Shown in pieces: positions 1-13,141 of a DNA stretch of 34,162 nucleotides. The stretch's first letter is position 1; each line of letters opens with the position of its first letter. Made by a program: the position numbers and the translations under genes. The notes under the pieces are model-generated. The model was not told the origin of the DNA. It saw nothing but the letters and a program-made list of their open reading frames with translations, and did not search any database. Source of the DNA: Halocafeteria seosinensis. Its lineage: Eukaryota. The stretch lies in contig LVLI01000485.1 of assembly GCA_001687465.1 (NCBI GenBank), positions 1-34,162 on the forward strand, given 5' to 3'.

Positions 1-1055
1 GTGACAGATAGCCCACCGGCCGGGAAGTTGACCACATCCTCTTAACGAGGAGCGGTAAGCGCCCGTGTTAAGCAGCGACGGGCCCGCTGTTCCTGCAGCC
101 TTGCTGACATGCGCCGTGGGGGAACACAGCACTGGTTAAGCTCTGGAAGCACACGGTTGAGCGACCGAGCTGGAGGAAGTGAGATTTATAAAAATCGATT
201 TCGAGGACAATTGATGATCAATATGTTATTCACTAAATAAATCTACCTTAATAATGCTATTTACGTACTTTGTAACTATCATGTACCACCACAATTGGCG
301 TCTGGGGCAACATACCTTGGTAGGCTTTTCAGGGGAGACAGTAGCCACAGACGTTAAAACACGCGTGTGTACGCCAAGATTATCTACTTTAATAATTATG
401 AATCATGGTGGTTCGGTCAACACAGTAACTATGCCATAATGCATACGTCGAAAGACTTGGCACTTACGAGACACTTCCCAGCAGGGTCGTTCCACGTTCC
501 TCTGGGAACTTGAAGTGCATACCGGTAATAGCATCAAGCTATATGGAATAGACTCTATATATTAACTTACAAAGTTTTATACCAATAGATCCTTTGCAGT
601 ACTGCTAGCTAAAGTGGAAGCACAATGCAAATGTCTGATCCATTGGAAGCTACAGTGTGAGATGGAACAATGTACGTATTTGTAGAATCCTCAAAGAACC
701 GGTGGCTGAGTTGTTGGTTGACGTGACACAATGAAAAGTTTCATTTAAGTTGCTCGAACGGAATCTATCTTATGATATACTTGCTCTATTGGCTGACTGT
801 CGGTGTCAAAAGCGATTTGGGAGAGGTACAATTTCCTGTCCGTGTGGTGTCAGTCGGGGGGCCATGTTCCAAGAAGGCAGTGGGTCCAATTCCCCAGACA
901 TCGACATACCCCTGATTTGGTTTGTGAGAACATATATGCATACATAGACATATATGTTCGTACATAGACGCATAGCTTGGTCCTCGTTGCTTGTGGATAT
1001 CGCGTAACCTCGGAGTGTTCGTGTGTGGGTGGGTGGGTGTGCATATCAGGTCCCG

Positions 1056-4000
1056 ATGGAGGCGACTGCTAATACCAATGCCAGCACTCATGGGGAGCCT
1101 TCTGAGGCGTCCACAGATACGCAAGACGCTAGGTTTCCTGAGAATACGACCGTCCATGCAGAGCTTCAGGCGTATAATCTGACTGTGCTGCTGCCTCCTC
1201 AAGTGTCAACATCGCAGTCTAAGGCTGAACTCGATAATGTCGCCGCCTCCGAGAGTGTATACAGGTAGGTCATCTCATCGCCTCCGTATAGATGCATTTA
1301 GGATGCGTATTTATCAATTGTATGCTTCATGCAGTGTGAAACAGGTGCTCTCGGAAGACCCCACCACGGCAGCACTGACGTGCTATCATTTGGAGGCCAA
1401 AGCACCCTTACAGGGTCCTGAACAAACCACCACTTCTGCATCATCAGAATGGGAACGTTTGAATGACTACGTAGGGCTGGAATCGTATCCGGGCATACGT
1501 AATGGCTCGGAATTGAGAGTAGTCCTCGACCCTTACGACGAGCAAAAGGCTCTGGCCCATGTGCGCAAACTCAGACGACTCTTGCGGTCGCCTCCGATAC
1601 CGACGCCATCGGTGCTGCAAGCTCCTTCTGAAGATGACGACAGTGCGCAACAGGCCGCTTCTGAGGCTTCGCCTGCAACTACGGTAGACTCGACTTCCCA
1701 GACACCCTCCTCTTCCACGACTACGACGGGGACCAACACCGTAGCTCCGACACAAAGCACCACATCGAGTGCAACAACTGGCACTGAGCTATCGCCCTCA
1801 ACTCAAGCGTCTACTACAGAGGCAACTCCAGCCTCTTCCACTTCTGCAGAGACTGAATCTACCAGCACGAATGCCAGTCAAAAAGAGTCTTCCCAAGGTA
1901 TTTTACAGGCAGTCACCTTAGCGCAACTGGAGTTGGAAGACGCACTCAAACGTTTACCTAATCGTGAAATGCCACGGAGTGATCTTTCAAAGTTTTTCAA
2001 TTGCAGGATATCTTTTGTAGGCACTGAGCGAGACTTTATGAGCATTTCCCCTTCGGACACCTCGGTTACGAAAGCAAATCAGTGCGTCAGAGACATCAAG
2101 TTTAGTGGATGGAATCCTCCACCGTTGCCACGACGAATGATGGGTGATCTCTTCTACCTAGAGGTTACTCTAGTAGAGGGTAATACTGTATTTATCACAG
2201 CAGCACCCAACGGGTTCTTCGTGAATAGAAGCACTCCGGAAGTTTTTGATCCCGCCCAAGCGGGACCTACAAAACATAACCATTGCTTACTAGAGCTACT
2301 AAAACAGATCTCTCCTTCGTTTAACAAGGGATGGAAAAAGATACTTGACGATGCTGCCAAGTACGCTGAGCAGGTTACTCGTTCTGCTTTGACTGCATGG
2401 GATGCTTTGTTTTCTCTAGCAGTATCTCCTGCTTCGGTTTTGAATCCCAATCCTACGCTTGAGGATGATAGTGTAAAGGGTCCGCCTTCATTCACTGGAG
2501 CGCTAAATTCCATTGGATCGGGATTAGCCTTTGGACGCGCGCTCTGGCTGCGTTGCCCAAACCAGGAGGAAACCAGCGAAAACAATAGCACGAATTCGTA
2601 CTTAGGACATACGTACGATGTCACTCGTGCGGAAGACGAACTAACGAAGACTTGGGGAATGGATGAACGTGGAGCCCTGCGCGATTGGAACGAGGAATAC
2701 CAAAGCGTTTGTCAGCTTCCGAAGACGTCCGTTGATGAGAAAGTAATGAGACAGCGGGCCTTGATGCGTACACTAGTTGATTTTACGGAAGCAGCATCAA
2801 TGGGAGCTCAAGCGATTGCAAAGGGACATATCATGCCTTTGAACCCCGGTGATCCACCCATGCATCATGTCTTCGTATACAACAATATCTTTTTTTCGCT
2901 GGCTATGGATGAACGGCAAAGGGATTCAACCCAAAATCAGTATGTAGTAGCATCCGTTGATACCAGTGGCGCACCCGCTGATACGTCGCAAGACATGGCG
3001 TGTCTATCTTCCGCAAGCCACGATCTACAGGGTGTTATTTCAATGAATGCGGCGGATGTTGAAGGTCTGCACACGTTAGCCACCGTGATCATAGATTACT
3101 CTGGACAGCGATATGCTGCACAGAGTATTATCCCAGGTATTCTACAAGGGGAAAGTGCTTCGTCACTGATATACGGCTCGGTTAACAGTGGTAGGTCCAT
3201 TGCATCAGAACCGGATATGCACCAGCTGATTCTCCAGGCTGCCAACCAGCTGCATATTGCCGAGAGAATAGTTAAGCCTCTATCAGAGAGCGCGAGTGGC
3301 CTATCGGAGGGCCCGAGTGGCACTCACGAACAGCATGAACAAACGGATAACTCAAACGGATCACTTGGGCAGAACAGCTGGGCGAGTAAAGATCCTGTTC
3401 CGTTATGTGGCCCTGTAGAATCCAAAGGTATCCTGGGAAGTGACGGTAGGCGTTACATCCTTGACCTGGTGCGTGTTACTCCCCGAGATCCTAACTGGTA
3501 TGACTCGGAGTTTTCAATCGTCTCTAACCCGGCGCCGCTCTCAGTTTTAACGCTCGACCTTGAGTCTTACTCTGCATTGCTGCGTCCAGAGCTTCTGCAA
3601 CACTACGATTTATATCGGAAGAGTGTCGCTGAAAGTCAGCAGTCTCCGTCGAATGGCGGAGAGGAAACCGATGCTTCGGAAAGCAACCTAACGTCAGCGA
3701 AACATGACCGGCAAAGCGCAGCTGACGTGCAGTCTGGAGAAAATGGACCTCCACCGCTCTTGTTGAATGTCAATTCCTACACTCGGTTTGAACAGTGCGT
3801 CACCCCTGAAGAGCAAGAAGGAGATCGGGAGCAACTGAAGCGTGTCGGAAGCTATCTGAACGATATAGTACTTCCAGGCGTTATTCGCGAGCTAAGACGA
3901 GGCACGTGCGGAGCAATCGATGGAGATAGCTTAACTGAATACTTGCACCGCCACGGTGTCAACGTTAGATATACGGGGTACATTGCAAAGCAACTTTGCT

Positions 4001-5628
4001 CCGACTATGCCTGCAAGAGTGGTTTTTTTGAGCTACTTGAGACAGAAATGGTTGCACGTTCCGCAAGACGAGTTTTCAACGTCCTGCTGAGGAGCACAAA
4101 TGAATTGTCATCTGCCCCAGCCGTTCTAGTTTCAACGTTTATCAATTGCATGTTAGGTGCGCCGGTGGCGTCGGCTGATAAAGAGAAAGTTGTTGATTAT
4201 ATTCCAAAAGTCACAGGCCAAGGGATTTCCCAAAGCTCTGGTGGTGGTACTTCTTCCAGCAAAAAATCCAAGAAAAAGAAGAAAAATCAGCAAGCAGGAA
4301 GTAGTCAAACTACAAATGGCGGATCTGCCGATAATTGGACGGACGTTCCAGCAATTCATTTTCAGAACACTGCTGACGCCGCAATAGGGTCTGTAAAAGA
4401 GCTCGAGCTGACGCATGCTACAGTGTGGACATGGATACAGGATGAAGTCCAGAAAAAGTTCCATTATGATTTGTTTTTGTGGAAAAACGGCGGATATGAA
4501 CCCGAACCTTCTGCGGAACACCCACGACTGTTTAAGACTCACCGAATACCGCTTCTCCGTCGTTTCTGCCAGAAAGCCGGCCTTCAGCTTGTCGCTAGGG
4601 ACTATGATTTTTCCATGTCGAAGCCTCTCCAAATTGTTGATATTTGTAACTTGGCGCCAGTGACGAAGCACTGCCTGCCCAAAAAGTCCTTACCGGAAGT
4701 TAGTTCTTTGATCGAAAAAGGCCGCGCGCTCGTTGCCCACGGGTACTTAAGTGAAGCCTACGAGCTGCTCAACGAAGCATTGGGATTTGTGTACCAAATT
4801 GCGGGTGCCGCACATGAAGATGCGGCGATATGTTACTCGTTGCTTTCAATGGTTCTGTGGAAAGCCGGGGATAAGTACGGAGGCATAGTCCATCAAAAAC
4901 GTGCTGCTGCCCTGCGGGAACGTCTCCGTGGTATTGATCACGCGGACACTGTCTTCGCGCTGGACACCTTGTCATCGATGTTGGCAGGAGCCGGCGAACA
5001 CCAAGCTGCGGCTGAAAACTGGAGAAGAACATTGTACATTCTGGATATCTGTGCTGGCCCGCATCATCCAACTTGTATCAGCACGCTGGTCAAGCTAGGA
5101 ATGATGTATCAAGATGCTAAACAGACTCGTATGGCAGTCCGTTGCTTTGAAGAAGCTCGTAAAAGATGTGCTGATGATAAAGCTCAGGAGGTTGCCTGTC
5201 TGCATGCTATCGCAGTAGCGTACAGCGTGGAGGGAGAATTTCGAAATTCATTGGAAGCTGAAAAGAAATGTTATCAAATACAGAGCCAATTATATGGAAC
5301 GGATGATCCTAGAACAGTGGATGCTTCGAACTGGGTCAGGAAATTTACGCAGAAAGCGGTGCAGCTCGAGCGGGCACTAGCCACGTATATGGACCAGTTT
5401 AATAATTCCAGCCAAGGCGTATCTTCCAACGCCACACCGCGCTCTCTGTCTAACTTGCTGAATAATGTGTCCCTGAATGCTAGCTCAACCGAGAGTAGGA
5501 AGCACTCCTCTAGGATTCTGGAGCAAATACTAAATGACACCTCGACTGACCAAGCATCGGGTGTTATGAGTGGTGCAGCCTCCTCAGATGAACCGAAGAA
5601 GTACCGCAGAGAAAGGAAAAAGAAATAA
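1056..5628 (+). CDS. CLU1: Clustered mitochondria protein (CLU1/CLUH/TIF31 family); join(1056..1264,1335..5628)
   Basis: CLU_N (ESVYSVKQVLSE..TCYHL), CLU domain (FSGWNPPP..RRMMGDLFYLEV; RDWNEEYQ; VYNNIFFS; DYSGQRYAAQSIIPGIL; GSDGRRYILDL), central LHRHGVNVRYTG region and C-terminal TPRs. A 70-nt GTAGGT..GCAG intron joins the two frames in phase. Confidence 0.95.
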
Positions 5629-5793
5629 AGTCCACCGTCATTAGACGTATCCGATAGAAGCAAGAAGCCATTATGAGGTATGGCAACTGAGATTGCTTGG
5701 ACGGTACGCTCTAACACGGTAACAACAGACAAGGTTTATTGTTCCATCGCTCTTTCTTCCCATCTTAATTTCGCTATTGTAAACTGTCCACGG

Positions 5794-6727
5794 CTAACGG
5801 TAGGGCGCATCGGCCTCGATGTTGTGCGCCAATGCCGGCTCCCATTTGTCGCCGTTAGCTAGTAGTTTCTCCTTGTCATACAGTAGTTCTTCTCTGGTTT
5901 CCGTGGCAAATTCAAAATTGGGTCCTTCGACGATTGCGTCCACAGGGCAACTTTCCTGACAAAAGCCGCAATATATGCACTTGACCATATCTATATCGTA
6001 TCTAGTGGTCCGGCGGCTTCCGTCGGCACGCGGTTCGGCTTCAATGGTAATCGCTTGCGCCGGACAGATGGCCTCACACAGTTTACATGCAATGCACCTG
6101 TGATATAGTAAGCAACAGAGCAAGAGCATTCCCTTCATAACAATGTAACTCCCACACAAGGAAGAAAAAAAAGGAGGGGAGACATACCTCTCCTCTCCAC
6201 TGGGGTACCTTCGTAGCGCGTGCTCCCCGCGGAAGCGAGGACTCAGGACGTTCTTTTCGAACGGGTAATTGATGGTGGCCGAAGGTTTAAGCATAGTCTC
6301 CGTGGTCAAAAGCATTCCTCGAAACATGTCCTCCATGACATACGAATAAGAAAGTCGGTCCATCACTGCATTCACCAGAGTAAACTGTGTGTGCACGTAT
6401 GCCTGATGGGGATGGTACAAGTCACTCACCATTCTTGAATTTCCCCCACGCGCCTAGTTTATTGGGTTCCTTTGCATTGTATATGCTGTCGTCGTAGCGT
6501 TTGGGAGGGAATTTCTCCTGCACGAAGCGCTTCACGCCACGGAAGGCCTCGGGGTACTGGGTGCGATTGCTCTCTCGCTGCTGCGTCTCCCGCTCATATT
6601 CTTGCGGAGAGGAGGAAGAGGACATACTGCGTGCATATAGGCATGCGCGCTTTGTATGTGCATGCACAGGAACAGGCACATGCACATGCGCATGCACATG
6701 CACAAGGCGCCTCGGGACAGCCAGCAT
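5794..6727 (-). CDS. NDUFS8: NADH:ubiquinone oxidoreductase Fe-S subunit 8 (TYKY/NuoI), mitochondrial precursor; exons 6430..6727, 6188..6365, 5794..6097
   Basis: [39 protein letters not shown] and [16 protein letters not shown] (two 4Fe-4S motifs). Introns 6366..6429 (GTGAGT..GCAG) and 6098..6187 (GTATGT..CAG) restore the canonical sequence. The start ATG is the least certain part. Confidence 0.96.
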
Positions 6728-7487
6728 CTTGTACCCACAAGCACACGCAGACGCAGACGCACACACAACTCAGGGAGCTGGGGATGATGCAATGATTACA
6801 CTATTCGTGTACTCGTTTATCGTGTGGTGATACAAACCCACTCATCATACTCCTCCAATAAACCCACAGCACGGGGGATTCAAGGAATATGAATATGGGA
6901 CGCACATAGCAAAGTATGATGTATAGGTACTCTGTCGGTTTATATATATAAGTTGCCGCCCCTCATTTCATCACGAACATCATTTGTCGATTCTTCTTAG
7001 CTCATGCTTCGCTGGGTGAGCTTTGGCAGGCGACTCTCTTGGCATCTTCCGTCTCTTTCGGCTATTTTTAAAAAGAGAGACATAGACAAAATAGCACTAT
7101 TGCTGTTTTCCTATCTTGCCGGATAAGAATTACTGTATGTACTGTACTGTATGTGTGAATAGCGAAATAAGAACTTGCCATACAAGGCGCGCCCGGAACC
7201 AGCAATGTTATATGGTATGAGGTGGCGGTCAACTTTGTGATAATCACTGTCACTGTCAACCTCGGCTAAAAGTCGGTGCCCCTCCAATCCTTGTACCGGT
7301 ACAAGCTAGTGTTCCAGTGAAGTTGTGTGCGTGGTGATTGTTGGGTTGACTCAGCGAGGAAATTCAACCTTGATTTTCGTGGCTTGTGACAGAATATTTT
7401 CCCACCTCTATGCATGAACATATACTGTGGTGCGGTGCGGTGCGGTGTGGCCGATAGATACAGTAGTTGCCCTGGGAGGAGGATGCG

Positions 7488-8422
7488 ATGATTGAGTATA
7501 CAGTATTAGCTCGGGTGAACGATGGTCTCCCGTTGGCGGCCTCCATGCCGTCCACGACGGACCAAGGCCACAATGAGATGAATGCTCTCAAGGAGCAGGC
7601 TCGCATGATCATCAAAAAACTCTCCATGGACTCTCCGTTGAAACTGAGCATTGAATCGGGCTCCAAAGTGTTCAGCTACGTCATTGAGGACGGCGTGGTG
7701 TACTTGGCGCTGACTGACAACAGATACCCGAGGCGCCTCGTCTTTGCCTATCTGCAAGACATCAGGGAAGCGTTTGTGGAGTTCATCAAGCAACAGCAAG
7801 GACAGAAACCGAATGGAGGAGGAGCTGCCGCGGCGCCAGCACCACCGGGGGAAGAGTAGGTGTCCACAGTTTGTTTTCTACTACAGAGAGTGCCTATTGG
7901 CATACATGCCCTAATGGCTGTTTTGCAGTTGGAGACAGTTAGTAGATACCGTCGGCAGACCCTATCACTTTATTCGATTCGGTATGTAGCAGTGTTCGGT
8001 ACTGGTTAGGGCAGAAAATGAAGTCAGATTGCGGCTGTTTTTTGGAAGTGCAGACCGACAGATGCAGAAAATACGCCGTGATTACGATGACCCGGAATCC
8101 AGAGCTGCGAGTTCACGCGTGAGTGAGGGACTAAACGAGGTTCAAAATATCATGCGCAAAAATATCGAAGATGTCCTTGATCGAGGAGTTAAGCTAGAAA
8201 GTACGTATAGGTTGTACCCCATCTGTTGCGCCCTGGAGCAACGATCCACACATTTTGCTGTTCCCAGATGTTTCCAATATATCAAACAAATTAAGGGATG
8301 AAAGCAAGAAATACAGATGGGGAGCGAAAAAGTTAAACACGATGGCAATGCTGAGGAAATATCTGCCGTTTGTGATGGCTGCTCTAATAGTCGCTTTCGT
8401 CATTTACTTTAGGTTCATGTAA
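7488..8422 (+). CDS. SEC22: Longin R-SNARE Sec22; join(7488..7855,7929..7981,8054..8200,8268..8422)
   Basis: Longin domain (ARVNDGLPLAAS; YPRRLVFAYL; RPYHFIRFD), SNARE motif (LNEVQNIMRKNIEDVLDRGVKL, zero-layer R) and a C-terminal TM helix. Three GT-AG introns of 73, 72 and 67 nt give a continuous frame. Confidence 0.95.
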
Positions 8423-8524
8423 TAACTATACACGAACAGCAGACTAATGTACCCGTTAAACACCTACATCTGGGCAGTAAACAAGACATCATGTAGCCAT
8501 CACCGCACTACCAGATTCTTCTGT

Positions 8525-10605
8525 TCACGAAATGTTTGCCGAATCCTCTTTAGATGATGAATTATACGGAGTTGACGGGGGAGCACTCAGATTGTTTGCG
8601 TCAGCGTTAACCCAACCACATGAAACACACAGGTCGTAAATTTGTTCAGTGGAACGCCTATCCCCCTCAATCAAATTCCCTGCTTCATCTCGCTTGAGGT
8701 AGCCTTTCTTCAACGATGCTTCGACAATGGCGTCTCGAATTGCAATGTACTGACTAGGAAGAATTTGCAAATGACGACATAATTCCTGCTCTTTCTCAGA
8801 TAGTTTATCGATGCCTGGGACGTCCTCCAAAGACGAAGGCTGACCACCATGTGTGGTATCGTCTTCATCTTCCATGTTGTCATCAGCAGTGTCCCCTTCC
8901 TCGTCTTCATCATCATCATCTGCCGCCAGCTTGCTGCTGGGACTGCCAGTTCCTCCCCGACCACGGTTGCGGTTCCTTACTTGTCCGCGACCACGTCCAC
9001 GACCTCCTCGTGTTTGTCCACCACGTGCTCCACGAGCTCTTGTTGCTGAGCGACCTCTTCCTAAACCTTCGTTAGTCCGAATCGGGGTGATAGTATCATC
9101 CTCTGAAGACTCATCCGCCTTAGCTGACTCTTCATTATCAGAGGTGGCTCGTGGAGTTCTGGAGGAACTAGCTGAAGGTCTTTCACGCTTCGCTGGAGTG
9201 CTCGTTCGATCATAGAGATATGAGTCTCGCTCTCGTTGTTTCGAAAGTGCTATTTGAGTATCACGTTTCTTTTTCATACTTTCGTACTCCTCAGCTTCGG
9301 CCAAAGTACGAATGCCGAGACTTCGGTAGTTCTGGAGTTGTTCAATCCGCTTTCTCAACCTTTTCTCCGCCACAAATCCTTGAACCAAATCTTCCCATTC
9401 ATCAGGGGGCAGAAATCGAGCAAAGGGGCGAAATTGATTCCTGATGTCACGCTCATACCGTGGTTTCCTCTTTTCAGCTATGAGTTGCCGCTTATAATCT
9501 AGGAGGCCCCGTTCTTTCACGAATTGCTTTCGGCGCTCTCTCTCATCCAGTTTACCGTTGTATATTTCCAGTATTTTGAGCTTAAGCTGTGTCTCTGTCG
9601 GATGCTCGCCCTGCAAGCAAAGAGTAGTATATGTCAACTAAGGAGATATCTAAACGCAAAGCAAACATACCTCATGGAACTCCATATCGGCAATGACCGC
9701 CTCAGCATCATTGTCATGCTCCACGTCGAAATCGTCGCGTAAGGGCATATATCCTTGGATGTCACTTGTGACAGGTCCTACTACATTGCCGTCGCGATCG
9801 ACCACTTCGTCTCCTTGATTGAGTTCATCTCCTTCTTCTATGTATATACAGGCTTCTCCACCCTCTAAATTTCCTCCTTTATTAGTATCTATCATGTATT
9901 TTCCACATTCTGTGGTATTCTGTACATGCGCAAACGCCGATTCTCTGCTGGGAAGCTGTGATTGCTGCGATCGGGCATTGTCGACTGTGGTGGTGTTTGT
10001 AGGTCCGTTGCCGCCTCCAGCCTGACCCATGTCGGTATCTGCTTCACTATCAACATGGCTTTGTGCCTGTTTACGCTGGTTTTCCTGTGACCCTTCCTCA
10101 TTGATAGCTGCCGACGATGCAAAAGACGCCGACAGCGTCGTCGTGTTTGCTTCGGCAGTCTTGGACGCTGCTTGCGCCCTGCTCGTCTCATCGGCCACTT
10201 CCGTTCGGCTTTGTTCCACATTCAGTAGGGTGCTCTTATCATCCGCATAAGGGGCGTGGGGGCTCTCTAAATAAACTGCCAAATAATGTTTCTGACATCG
10301 AACCCAAGATTTCGTACCCACATACTGGGCTATGGCTCTGCAAAGACGAAACCATATGCAGATACACAAAATTAGCGGTACACCTAATGTAAATAAACGT
10401 ACTCCCAGTTGCCGACGCCGTACTTGTATACGGCGTCTAAAAGCCTAATTTCCTCGTATGCACTCCAATCCACTTCAAATATGGGAAAGGACGACAAGTA
10501 TTCCTCCTCCTCCAGAGACCCGCAGGTACCATTCTGGCCATGCATAGCCTCCGGGGTATCCTTCTCTAGCGTGCTACCAGGTGAGGAGCCCTCTAACTCG
10601 GCCAT
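8525..10605 (-). CDS. ADA2: Transcriptional adapter ADA2 (SAGA HAT module); exons 10403..10605, 9671..10337, 8525..9610
   Basis: SANT (FPIFEVDWSAYEEIRLLDAV..YGVGNW..IAQYVGTK..CQKHY), GYMPLRDDFDVEHDNDAE, LKLKILEIYN..LDERERRK, LQNYRSLGIRTL and C-terminal SWIRM (LSEKEQELCRHLQILPSQY). Introns are 65 and 60 nt. The 5' end is uncertain. Confidence 0.92.
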
Positions 10606-12126
10606 TATAGAGGGAAAAGGGAGAGAAGGAAGCCAAATGACCAACTACGAACTTGTTTCAAAGACACCTCACGGTCCCTCCTTTGGCCTGTTAGACCATC
10701 CAGTGGCGCACTGATACAGATGACACCACCTCACAGGTGATCTTATACTAATGGTTGACACAAACGCAATGAACAGTGTCCATACACCAGGTCCCAAGGC
10801 GCAATAGCGGTACGAACTGACCGTACAATCTTTTCACTCACTTCGTTGATTTTCAAAAAGGCCGAAGTGCTGATCCCCTATTAGGGACCCCTGACGAAAA
10901 GAGATGCTTCAATCTCTATGCAGTTTGGCAAGATTTGACCTGGAACGCTGTGTCCGTGCAATAATAGAGTGCGGAAGTATATCTCCTTTGATTTCATTAC
11001 CGTGTCGGCGGCTTGACAAGTCAACCCGTTCCTAAAAGCGGAGATACAGTACTGTACGTTGTACATGTACATGTATGGTATGCGAGTCACATCATGTGAG
11101 CAATTTCCCACTGTCAATACCTATTTCACCCCATTCAATTTCCGCGACTTTCATAGAGCAAATAAATTTGCGAAAGCGCTTTCTTTCATTCCGCTAAACG
11201 GGATAGGAAAATGGTCGCGAATTTTCAAGTGGTGCGGGCACTGCACTGTGGTAGGAAATTCTGTACAGGTAACACGACAAATAATGGTGAGGAGTCGTAT
11301 CGTATAGGACACCGGATCTCCACATAAGCCCATAAAGATACAGTATTCGACAAAGAGAACAAACGACGATGCCTAAGACATACGCATGATGTATGTGATC
11401 AGTTTCCGAATTTCCCGGGAAATTCCCACTCCCTGGAAATTTTCCGCCACGGTCATAGAGCCAATAAAGCGCGAAAAGTTTGATGACCGAGAATGTTCAA
11501 GCGGAGCGGGACTCTGGGTTGGGTTCCCGGTTACAAGCAACATGACAAAGGACGACCACAGACTCGTCAGGCTGATCAGTATCAGTGAGTCGTCATCCAT
11601 GCTATCGTATCCAGTATTCCATTTGGTATTCAACTTAGAGAGTGCAAACGCAGAAGACGAAACTGAGTAAGATATTTGTTTGCCGGGCACTTTGATCCCC
11701 ATCTGTTAGCGACTTGGATTGCGCGATGTCGTTTATGGAACTGGAAGCACCACAAGCGTCGTCACTGTACGACAACACTGTAGTGTTCGATGTAAGTCGA
11801 AATACCAAAATGTTGATCACCCCGATAAACTCTCTAGGGGAGTAATTTTAGAGACTTTTCCCGATAACCACATGAATATACCTCCTTCCTACCACAACAT
11901 TCGATCCGATTTGTCATTATCTAAACATTTCTCGATTCTTTGCCATGCTTTTGCTGTTGTGCATCCTTTCCCTCGTCCTCACAAGTCACATTCCTTTGTT
12001 CATCCAGTACGATGCATGTGGGATATATAGGTTGATATGCGCATTAATACAGCATATCTTTGTCTCCTCCCTTACTGTGTGTTTTTCTATTTGTGTTTCT
12101 GTGTGCGTCGTATCCTCCAGGCCACC

Positions 12127-12719
12127 ATGACGGATGCTGCTGAGTCTCAGGCCATTGTCTTTGATGACATATTCACGGCCACACAGCTCAATCCAGAGGG
12201 CAAATACTTTGACAAAGGTACGTCATTCCCACTCCCATGTCCTAGCTGTCTGTCTATCTATCGAATGATTGAGGAGTATGGGTGCAGTGAATCGTGTTGT
12301 GGGCAAAGGAGAGACGTTTGAGGCTGATTTGACACTCGATATAGCCTCGGAAATCTACCCCATACGTGAGGGCGATAAGTTTACCATGGCCCTGGCGAGC
12401 ACACTGAGGCTAGATGGACAGCCTGATGACGGCACATACGACCAGAGTGGCGTGTCGTCCCTGCTGGATAAATACGAGTATGGCATGTCCGGCAAAGTAT
12501 TTCGATACGAATACAGTGGACAAGATAAGGTGTATGTGCATACTCGTGTTTCGGTATTGGCTTGTACAAAGGTACTAAACCTGTTTCCGTCTTTGCAGAT
12601 CCATCATTGCTTCCTTTGGAGGGTTGTTAATGCTCTTACAAGGCGACCAGAGACATTTATCGGGGATTGACTTGGACCAAAGACTCTACTGCCTCATCAG
12701 GAAAACTTCCAAGATGTAG
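12127..12719 (+). CDS. RPB8: RNA polymerase I/II/III shared subunit RPABC3; join(12127..12217,12288..12531,12599..12719)
   Basis: [46 protein letters not shown]. The ATG sits in a GCCACCATG context. Introns are 70 and 67 nt. Confidence 0.96.
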
Positions 12720-13141
12720 ACAAGAATAGAGACAAATCAAAGGCTTGTGAATGGAAGGAAACTTTCGTAATTTGTATTGCATGTGCATGGTGCACGATGG
12801 AGCAAGAAAAAAAACTGATGCCTGAAGGAAACGGGTTGTGACACCACGTTCTCTACCCACAAGCGAGCGATGGAAGGGGGGAAACGGGAGAAATCGTGGG
12901 AAATACCCGATACTAGTACTACCGAACCAAGGTTCCATTTGTGTTATGCATGTGTGCGTTTGCAAGCATTGATACTCGTTGATAATACCTCACCCCTGGG
13001 AGATAGAAATAACGCGTAGCGAGGCTTGAGGGCTAGAAAACCAAGCAGGAATTACTGTATGTGATGCATCGTGCACGTGCAGCAATACACAATTGAAACG
13101 ACGCTATACGAACCAAACGCCTTGATCAACCATAGCCTAGT

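Noticed and set aside
1..130. REVDHILL motif resembling the APE endonuclease (R.IDHIL) of LINEs
   Set aside because: One short motif between stop codons at the window edge is not enough to call.
1237..1334. ORF-track N-terminus of the 1463-aa protein
   Set aside because: It reads through an intron in the wrong frame. The conserved CLU_N start comes from exon 1056..1264.
5628..5794. Functional clustering of CLU1 with mitochondrial NDUFS8
   Set aside because: Tail-to-tail adjacency is unremarkable in a genome this compact.
6098..6187. Apparent protein insertions in NDUFS8 (also SCPEP1 14241..14315 and CHS 25834..25902)
   Set aside because: These are stop-free 3n GT-AG introns, and removing them restores the conserved motifs.
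10881..11117. ORF with NCSHDVTRIPY as a candidate ADA2 ZZ exon
   Set aside because: It lacks the required CxxC pairs and His ligands, overlaps TACA/TGTA-type repeats, and has no clear splice path to ADA2.
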